This document shows, piece by piece, positions 56,735 through 64,000 of a DNA stretch of 64,000 nucleotides (positions are counted from its first letter, which is position 1; every line of letters begins with the position of its first letter). The stretch comes from Waddliaceae bacterium (GTDB lineage: Bacteria; Chlamydiota; Chlamydiia; Chlamydiales; SLFE01). Where the stretch lies: NCBI GenBank assembly GCA_963783885.1, contig CAWAPJ010000005.1:1-64000 (forward strand), written 5' to 3'. The notes beneath the pieces were generated by a model that made no database searches, was not told the origin of the DNA, and saw only the letters and a list, made by a program, of their open reading frames with translations. Position numbers and translations under genes: made by a program.

Positions 56735-59266
56735 TCAGGTATACATGTGGGGAGGCGGGTCGTCTCCGTCTACGTTTGGCTTGATGCTGTTATACGCTTC
56801 TAGGAAATCGTCGTTTGTAATTTTCCGATCAGGATGCTTTTCGACTTGCTCCATTGTGAGTTTAAGTTTAGCGAGTTTTCTCAGGCGCAATTTCGATGCT
56901 TTTTTGACAAGCCCTTTTAGATGGTCTCCGGAGAAATCCTTAGTGATAGCCGCGAATCGGTCAAGATCGATATTATCTTCTATGACATCTTCTTCTTGCA
57001 GATCCTTGATATAGTATTCAAGGATCTTTCTCCTTCCCGTAGTATCCGGTAGAGGAAATTCGACTTTTTCACTAAAACGGCCCGGTCTTAAGAAAGCCTC
57101 GTCGATTCTATCTAGCTGGTTGGTTGTTCCAATCACAATGAGATTGTCCAGATCCTGAGCAGAACTCATTTCTTCAAGCAAAGTGTTTACCAGACTGGTT
57201 CTTGGAGAGCTTGTGGATTTGGAACGTTTTTCGCAAAGAGATTCGATCTCGTCAAAAATAACAATGAACCTTTGGTCTTTATGATTATGGGCATTATCAA
57301 AAAGAGCCTTAATATTTTTTTCGGTCTCTCCAACCCACTTACTGAGTATGTTGGCATGCTTGACTTTAACGATATTTGTTTTGGGTACATCAAGAAGTTC
57401 TCCAAGGGCATTGGCAAATGTTGTTTTTCCCGTTCCCGGAGCGCCATAGAGAAGAAGTCCATTGGGTGATTTGATACCCATTTTTTTTGCTATTTCTCGC
57501 AATTCTCCCAAGGGAATCGCGATGAGTTCGAAAGCTTCGACGATTTTTTCTGGCAGGCCTGTCAAGCCGGCATTTTCCAGTGTTTGGCGGGCATCGCCGT
57601 TTTTAAATCGTATCATTTTCGGCTTATTGTTCATCCAGATTTGATAGTTATCGTATTCGATAGCCAATTCAGTGTCAGAAGTCACTTTTCCAAGGTGGGG
57701 ATAAATCGTTCCGTTATATCTGCTTGATTTGAATGCCATATCTTTGACTTTTACATCGATAAGCAGATCATTGCCTAAATCAACAGTAAATATTTGATTG
57801 AGGCATCTCTCTTTAGGAAGAAAGTCTCTGATTGCCTGCTTTAAGTCTTCCATGTCGACTTCGGTAAGCTCAATGCCTTTCTGGGTTTTTTTAATCGAAA
57901 CGTAAACAGACATTTTTTTTAGGGAATGTGTTTTCATATCGGGAATGAGATTTAGGTCGATACCGCTTTTCAAATTGATAAAGATCCGCGTATCTTTGGA
58001 CAATTCCCAATGCTTCATATTGACCGCATCGCGGTCTACGAGATTTACATGATCGATAGCAAAGACTTCTAAATTCAGAAGATATCCCTTATATTCGAGA
58101 AAAAATTTCGTGTTTGCGGAAAAGAGGTCTATCCTTTCCCTTATTTTTTCTCCCACTTCGGAAACATCAATCCAATTATGGATGTTTTCCTGCATGGAAT
58201 CAAAGCCGGGAAGAGCGTCAATCATGCAGATTCGAAATGTGACCCGCGTTGGCTTGAGGGGCTCTCCTCTTACGCCGCATACATCCGCGTTATCAGAAAT
58301 AAATGAGAGTTTAGCGTCCGGGGTTAGGCGGTAAGCTTTTGTATAGACAGCCTCTTTTTTTGAAAGTACAGTGGGCTTCTTGGGTAATAGGGTTTCTTTC
58401 AAAGTGACTTTTATATCGACGCCAGGAGTAATGGAGTATTCGACAAACATGCCCGGGACAAGCCACTTATCTCGCAGCGCGAGCCTCACTTCTTCCTCAA
58501 ACTTTTCCACATTATAGATGAGAGGACGCATTGTATCAGGATAATTTTCAAGACCTGTTATCGAGACATCGAATTTAAATGTTGGCTGTTTGGTAGTATT
58601 GATCCTTTCACTTAAAATGTAGGGGGCAGTTTCAACGCTTTCAAAAAATAATTCAGTTGTCGGCGTTATTGAACTAAAATACGATTTTTTTTCTGGAGTT
58701 TGATGAGACTCGCCTGAATGAAATGTGGCGTAAAATTCGCGGTTGTTAAAATTGCAGTGAAGAACCTGTCCTTCCTTAAGGAAATGCCCCTCATAACGCT
58801 GATGGAAGTAGTTTTTAATCTCACTCACATCGAGGATGTTTTTACTGATTGATACGGTATCATCCTGACTTTGAGGTGAAATGATGAATTTTGCTTTCGT
58901 CAAGTCTCGCTGGCAGGATGGGACCTGCCGATAAGGAGTGATGAGGACGGTATCATCTTTATTGATGACAGTCGACACCTCTTCGAATTGGACGGGATTC
59001 AATCCGATTTCACCCGGTTTTATCCATGATTTTGCGACAATGCAATAAACACGATTTGCAATTCTAGCAAAAGCGGCATTACCACCGCTTTGCTCCGGAA
59101 AATATCGCTGCACATCTTTTGCATTCATCCAAACACAATTGGTTTCAGCAAGCTCTCCTTCATTCATTTTACGAATGACTGCGGTAAATTTGTCCGGATT
59201 ACCGGAAAATGATTGATGATTTCTAGACAAATTTTTAGAATCGTTCAATGTGTTTATATTGTTCAT
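56735..59266 (-). CDS. AAA+ ATPase resembling NSF/Sec18/Cdc48, with an expanded N-region
   Basis: GLLLYGAPGTGKT, SKWVGETEKNIKALF, IFDEIESLC, IGTTNQLDRIDEAFLRPGRF; AGGAGG RBS before MNNINT. Confidence 0.85.
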   Translation of the reverse strand: MNNINTLNDSKNLSRNHQSFSGNPDKFTAVIRKMNEGELAETNCVWMNAKDVQRYFPEQSGGNAAFARIANRVYCIVAKSWIKPGEIGLNPVQFEEVSTVINKDDTVLITPYRQVPSCQRDLTKAKFIISPQSQDDTVSISKNILDVSEIKNYFHQRYEGHFLKEGQVLHCNFNNREFYATFHSGESHQTPEKKSYFSSITPTTELFFESVETAPYILSERINTTKQPTFKFDVSITGLENYPDTMRPLIYNVEKFEEEVRLALRDKWLVPGMFVEYSITPGVDIKVTLKETLLPKKPTVLSKKEAVYTKAYRLTPDAKLSFISDNADVCGVRGEPLKPTRVTFRICMIDALPGFDSMQENIHNWIDVSEVGEKIRERIDLFSANTKFFLEYKGYLLNLEVFAIDHVNLVDRDAVNMKHWELSKDTRIFINLKSGIDLNLIPDMKTHSLKKMSVYVSIKKTQKGIELTEVDMEDLKQAIRDFLPKERCLNQIFTVDLGNDLLIDVKVKDMAFKSSRYNGTIYPHLGKVTSDTELAIEYDNYQIWMNNKPKMIRFKNGDARQTLENAGLTGLPEKIVEAFELIAIPLGELREIAKKMGIKSPNGLLLYGAPGTGKTTFANALGELLDVPKTNIVKVKHANILSKWVGETEKNIKALFDNAHNHKDQRFIVIFDEIESLCEKRSKSTSSPRTSLVNTLLEEMSSAQDLDNLIVIGTTNQLDRIDEAFLRPGRFSEKVEFPLPDTTGRRKILEYYIKDLQEEDVIEDNIDLDRFAAITKDFSGDHLKGLVKKASKLRLRKLAKLKLTMEQVEKHPDRKITNDDFLEAYNSIKPNVDGDDPPPHMYT

Positions 59267-59560
59267 TTGCCACCTCCTGTTTGTCGGTTGGCAAGAAGCG
59301 ATGAAGACCCGCTTCTTAAGGAACATTGACGTGTGATCAGCTTTGTATTTTGTGATCTAAACTTATGTGTAAATAATTTTTATTAAAAAGGAAATTATTT
59401 TAAGGACTTGAAAACTAAAAATTTACTTGACAAATAAAATTGGCAATAAAAGTCGATATTTGCCAACAAGAAGATTTAACTATATGATTATCAATCAATT
59501 ATTTTCTTTGCATTCAAGTAATGAAGATATTATAATTACGCTACTGTTTAGGAGAAATCT

Positions 59561-62500
59561 ATGGCAAAAAGTCTGCGAATAATCATCTATGCTGTTTTGT
59601 TTTTTATTGGATTTGTCATCTCCATGCCTTTTATCCTCTCAACGGGGCCCGCAAAAAATTATCTATTAATTCCTTATTTGGAGCACTCTTTTGGTGGAAA
59701 AGTTCACGTAGATCGTGTACGCCTCAGTTGGTTTGGGCCGCAGCGTGCCAAGCATTTTCATTGGACCGGAAAAGACGAATCCCATGTTAAATTCGACACT
59801 CTTGCGATATATTCCCCTATTTACCGCCTTTTGTTTACAAACGAGTGGATAGACAAAGTTGAAACGGAAAATCTATCGGCGTCTTTACCCCATTTGGCCG
59901 CAAAATCGTTTAAAGAGACGTTCACTCCTCTATCTTTGACCATCTCCGAAATTACCGGTCCGGTCATTAATCTTTCTGTCACTCAGGAACATGAGATAAT
60001 CCATATTGACGCCTCGTCGGAAAATGGGCACGCAGATATCTATATCAGTATGACTAAAAACGGGCCTGTATTCTCCAAAGAAGGGAAAATCGTTTATTCC
60101 ATGCCGCACGACCTTGTACAGAAATTAAAAGAGCACGATTTCATCACTTTCGATTCCCCTCTGGAAATTTCCCTGCTGACAGGGAAGGGCTTTCAATTCC
60201 AATTACATCCGGCTCGGATGGATTTGCAAAACGGGATCAGTTTGACAAATGTCGAGGGAATTGTTTTGCTGTCGGATAGCCTTAAGAAGCTAGATCTGGA
60301 CCTCTCCGGTATTATAACCGATAAGGGCGGTGATAGCGATGCAGCCGTACGTGGATGGGTATCATTATCGGAAAACAGAAATTATGATCTGCTTATAGAA
60401 GGCAAACGGCTTAGGGCGTCGCTCCTCAATTACTTGTCGCCAGACAAAAGGCTGAAAACATGGGCTAAGTCAATTTTCGGTTCCAATATTGACGGCTCTC
60501 TCCGCCTGGTTCATGAAAATAAAGAGCAATACGGTTTATTGAAATTAACATCTAATACCGCAAAGATTCCGGGAGCGGTTTTTGAATGGGACGACACCCA
60601 TATTTCACTCGCTGAGCCTGTCAATATTACCATTGATTATACTCCCCATGCAGGATTTAGCGACAGTCTCCCTAAAACCCTTCCCTTGACGATTCAAGTC
60701 AATCGTTTGAACATTCACCTCTCGGACAGTATCACTCCTAAAGATATAGCCCTTGAGTCCACGATATCGGTCCGCGACCTTGAATTTTCTCATCTTCCCT
60801 GGGTCAACCAATGCCATTTTACAAATGGTTTATTAACCCTAAATGCCTTGTCTTTGGAACACATCGAGCTCTCTTTAATCGGAAGGCTGAACCGATTTGA
60901 TCAGGAAAAGCCCCTTTCAAGATCTTTAGGCGACGAGCTTCGCTTTAACTTGTCTTCCGAACTGAAGCTGTCGAAAGATTTTATCCCCCATGTGCAAAAG
61001 TTTGAAGTAGGTGCCGAAGATGGCCAGCTTGTTTTTAATTTGACAGGAAAGGAAAATGCGGAAAATCCGTTCGAATTATCTTCTTCAGGATATATCAATT
61101 ACATGCTAACTCCACAGCTTTTATCCCGGATTCAGGATCAAAAACAGCACGACTATCATCTTTCATCCCCGTCTATATTACAGCTTCTGCTCGATGAGGC
61201 CAAATTTGATATTCGGGATTTTTCATTGTCTGAAATATCGTCTAAAGGGCGGCTTTTAATCGACGAGATTGCGGTAGGAGAAGATAAGGGTGCTTCGATC
61301 GCATCACTGAGAAAAATATTTATTCCTTGGTCGGCCAATGCAAAAGATGACGTGTTAACTTTTACTATTGCTGCTGTCACTGCCAATCGAAGTTTGGAAC
61401 AAAAAGGGAAACTTGAAGGGCATGTTCGGGTTTCAGGCTGGACACGCAATATAGAAGATTGGAAAGTGAATGCGGAAACGGCTATTACGGCATTTCCGGT
61501 TGCCATTATAAGCGCGTTTACAGGAATCGACGAGCTTGATGGCTTGATCGGCCCGTCTCTTGATGCCGCTGTCAAAGTTTATGATGATGTGGATGGCAGC
61601 GAAGGTCATGTGATATTTTCGGCTAATGGAGATCAATTTGACATTGCCGGGTCTTTAAAGGCTGACCAACAGTTGACTCTCGAAGATCCGAATCGTCCTG
61701 TTGTTATTCATTGGGAAATGACTCCCGATAGATTTTCCGCAATTAGAAAACAATTGCTATGTCAAGATACAGTCCTTATCGATCAACTGCAACTTCATCA
61801 ATCAACCTCGATACAGGCAGACATTTCGAATCTTGTTATTCCTTTAAAAAAACCCTCACGCTCGTCGGTTGCTATCGAACTGAATACCGCAGGTATTTAT
61901 GTCCTCGATATGATAACAAACGACATGGTTTTTTTTGACGGGGTCTCAGCTCGCGCAACCTCGAAAGATATCAGTGATTCTATCGGTATTCAATTTGATG
62001 CCGGAGGCAACATTTATAATGAGCAAAATGAAGAGCTGCGTCTTTCTTTGAATTCCGTTGTTAAAGACATTTTTCATGCTGACGGGTCATTCAACAGGCA
62101 TGGCGCCACCATTGAAGTTCAGGCTGAGGCGCATCAAGCTCCCGTTTTGCTTTTATCAAACTTTTTATGTCTGGATGAGAGCGTACTCAATCAGGTCAAT
62201 GCGTTAATCGGCCATCGGGTGAACGCCCAGTTGAATGTCAATCTGTCGGAGATGACCGGACCGATCCAATTAGCGATTAATGGAACAATCGGAAAATTGT
62301 CGCTTGACGGCTACTTGTCTCAAGGGATATTGACTCTCCAATCCCCTTTGAGCGCCGAGTTTTCGATCACGCCTACACTGCAGGATTCAATACTAGATGA
62401 GCTGCTCCCCTTTCTGAATTCGGCTTATAGTTCGGAAGAACCGATACGCATTACCATTAACCAAAATGGATTTTCCTATCCACTGTGGTCCCAAGACCCG

Positions 62501-63040
62501 TATCAATTCTCCGTTGGCGCCATGAGAATCGACTTAGGCAAAATGTACTTTAAAAATGACTATCAAATAGCGCAGATCCTCAATATTTTGAAATATTCGA
62601 CTGACATGAATTTAATTTCTGTATGGTTCACTCCCCTCTATCTCAGTTATGAGAGTGGCGTGGCTAATATCGACCGCATAGATATGCTTGTTGCCGATCG
62701 CTATCCCGTTGCGGTCTGGGGCAAAGTGAATTTTTACGATGATTATATCAATATGAAAATCGGCCTTGGAGGCTTGACGCTGAGACAAGCGTTTGGCTTG
62801 AAGGGCGTTCCAAAAGATTATTATCTCCAATTGTCAATGAAGGGAAGCCTGTCCGATCCTAGTATCAATTCAAATAAAGCTTCGACTAAGATTGCAGCGT
62901 TTATCGCTCAGCTGCGTGGAGGTCCCCAAGGGGTGATTGTCGGCGGGCTTATGGATCTTCTTGGCGGCACGTTAGGGCAAAAACCGATCCCAAAACCAAC
63001 AACACAACCCTTCCCCTGGGAAATTCAGCCGCATAATTAA
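59561..63040 (+). CDS. large envelope protein (possibly AsmA-like)
   Basis: 1159 aa; N-terminal TM anchor; beta-rich pattern; L.MKGSLSDPSI near the C-terminus. Confidence 0.65.
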   Translation: MAKSLRIIIYAVLFFIGFVISMPFILSTGPAKNYLLIPYLEHSFGGKVHVDRVRLSWFGPQRAKHFHWTGKDESHVKFDTLAIYSPIYRLLFTNEWIDKVETENLSASLPHLAAKSFKETFTPLSLTISEITGPVINLSVTQEHEIIHIDASSENGHADIYISMTKNGPVFSKEGKIVYSMPHDLVQKLKEHDFITFDSPLEISLLTGKGFQFQLHPARMDLQNGISLTNVEGIVLLSDSLKKLDLDLSGIITDKGGDSDAAVRGWVSLSENRNYDLLIEGKRLRASLLNYLSPDKRLKTWAKSIFGSNIDGSLRLVHENKEQYGLLKLTSNTAKIPGAVFEWDDTHISLAEPVNITIDYTPHAGFSDSLPKTLPLTIQVNRLNIHLSDSITPKDIALESTISVRDLEFSHLPWVNQCHFTNGLLTLNALSLEHIELSLIGRLNRFDQEKPLSRSLGDELRFNLSSELKLSKDFIPHVQKFEVGAEDGQLVFNLTGKENAENPFELSSSGYINYMLTPQLLSRIQDQKQHDYHLSSPSILQLLLDEAKFDIRDFSLSEISSKGRLLIDEIAVGEDKGASIASLRKIFIPWSANAKDDVLTFTIAAVTANRSLEQKGKLEGHVRVSGWTRNIEDWKVNAETAITAFPVAIISAFTGIDELDGLIGPSLDAAVKVYDDVDGSEGHVIFSANGDQFDIAGSLKADQQLTLEDPNRPVVIHWEMTPDRFSAIRKQLLCQDTVLIDQLQLHQSTSIQADISNLVIPLKKPSRSSVAIELNTAGIYVLDMITNDMVFFDGVSARATSKDISDSIGIQFDAGGNIYNEQNEELRLSLNSVVKDIFHADGSFNRHGATIEVQAEAHQAPVLLLSNFLCLDESVLNQVNALIGHRVNAQLNVNLSEMTGPIQLAINGTIGKLSLDGYLSQGILTLQSPLSAEFSITPTLQDSILDELLPFLNSAYSSEEPIRITINQNGFSYPLWSQDPYQFSVGAMRIDLGKMYFKNDYQIAQILNILKYSTDMNLISVWFTPLYLSYESGVANIDRIDMLVADRYPVAVWGKVNFYDDYINMKIGLGGLTLRQAFGLKGVPKDYYLQLSMKGSLSDPSINSNKASTKIAAFIAQLRGGPQGVIVGGLMDLLGGTLGQKPIPKPTTQPFPWEIQPHN

Positions 63041-63234
63041 TCAACAATTTTGCAGCTAATGTAAGTTTCCTCGTGAATTTGCGGATTGAGAAATTCCTGA
63101 AAGTCATCATCACTCGGTTGCAGAGAAAATTGACGCCCGCAATCAAGACAGCGATGATTTTGTTTTCCGTGCCTTGTAAATCCATTTTTTTTGATTGCTT
63201 CTGAGTTGCATTTTGGACAATTTCGTTTGCTCAT
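63037..63234 (-). pseudogene. IS1 InsA-like zinc-ribbon fragment
   Basis: CPKCNS..IKKNG...GKQNHRCLDCGRQF with no downstream transposase domain. Confidence 0.6.
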
Positions 63235-63387
63235 GATTTCCCCCTGTTGTATAAGTTTATCATTATTCCAATGAGAATGCGTTAACAAATCATAAAGGTA
63301 TACATGGTGTCTGCTTTTGATTCAACCTTTAACCCCTGATTGAGCCCTAATCTCGTCTGCCCGTTTTTTTAGACTGACGGGCCGAAG

Positions 63388-63678
63388 ACCCTGATTGCTA
63401 CCTAAACCTTAGCTAGAGCTTACACGAGTGCGCCAGATACAACTGTAGCGTCGACGGCAAGGGTAATCCCTTGCCGAGGCGCTACAGGCAGTAGATGGTG
63501 TGCTCGTGTAAGCTCTAGCTGAGCTCCCCTTTGCATAAAAACGAAACACTATAGGCAAGAATTGCACAGAATACTTTTATCAAAAAGCCTTGTTCAGTGC
63601 AGAACTTAAAAGTTCTTTGGAAAAGGTTTGTTATGCAGCTAAATGTCGTCTCGACAATCTGTCGCTTGCTGCTAATTT
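63388..63678 (-). mobile_element. IS982-like remnant (transposase C-terminus plus terminal repeat), interrupted by IS3 copy 2
   Basis: RQIVETTFSCI.NLF...QGF.IKV; end ACCCTGATTGCTACCTAAA. Confidence 0.65.
63411..63520. repeat. 110-bp nested palindrome
   Basis: AGCTAGAGCTTACACGAG...CTCGTGTAAGCTCTAGCT; inner stems TGTAGCG/CGCTACA and CGGCAAGGG/CCCTTGCCG. Confidence 0.85.
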
Positions 63679-64000
63679 TGTATCGCCACCATTTATTTGG
63701 ACACAAATTTGGCTTAAGGGTGAGATTTTTCCAAACCTCTCAAGCCGCCTCCCATGTCGGACTCTAGCTAAGTTCAGCGATTCGTCAAGGATTCCCTTCG
63801 GCTCGCTTCGCTCGTCCTGGACTTCATCGCTGCCCTTAGCAATTTTGCCTTCCATCGGTTGCGTCTTAAGAGTTTTGTTAAATCTCTTATGCTGCATATT
63901 TAAACTCCCAGTTTTGGCGAGCTTCTCTAGGGCTGCAGTAGCCTAGCTTCTCAAGTAACCATTCATTGTTATAATCCTCTACAAATGACTGAATGGCTCG
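63679..64000 (-). mobile_element. second copy of the IS3-family element (cut off by the window end)
   Basis: appears identical to 50222-50543. Confidence 0.95.

Overview
Bacterial chromosomal segment, most likely from an environmental member of Chlamydiota. This is inferred from a CPAF-type protease, a PPi-dependent phosphofructokinase, a Cys-rich MOMP/Lpg1974-like porin, and waaA. Housekeeping genes include folC, murB, nusB, leuS, rnr, waaA, tRNA-fMet and tRNA-Met, pfp, oppABCDF, ribBA and ribH. They are interleaved with eukaryote-like or effector-like genes: a frameshifted sphingosine-1-phosphate lyase, an LRR protein, CYTH, TMEM14 and an NSF/Sec18-like AAA ATPase. Most striking are five things. 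(1) A 1564-bp IS903-like element with a perfect 9-bp target duplication carries a divergent GxxExxY passenger gene, has ~59-bp extended inverted ends built from CACnGAG units, and splits an LRR gene. (2) At two sites foreign DNA is sandwiched between long duplications of host DNA (the leuS 5' end, and a 1331-bp tRNA-hydrolase-pfp' block). (3) A small AT-rich gene has a double-glycine leader that runs directly into a Flp-pilin motif. (4) An IS3-type element has a 14-bp direct repeat. (5) There is a dif-like XerCD site and a family of miniature repeats resembling IS982 ends. All calls were made by eye; no searches were run.
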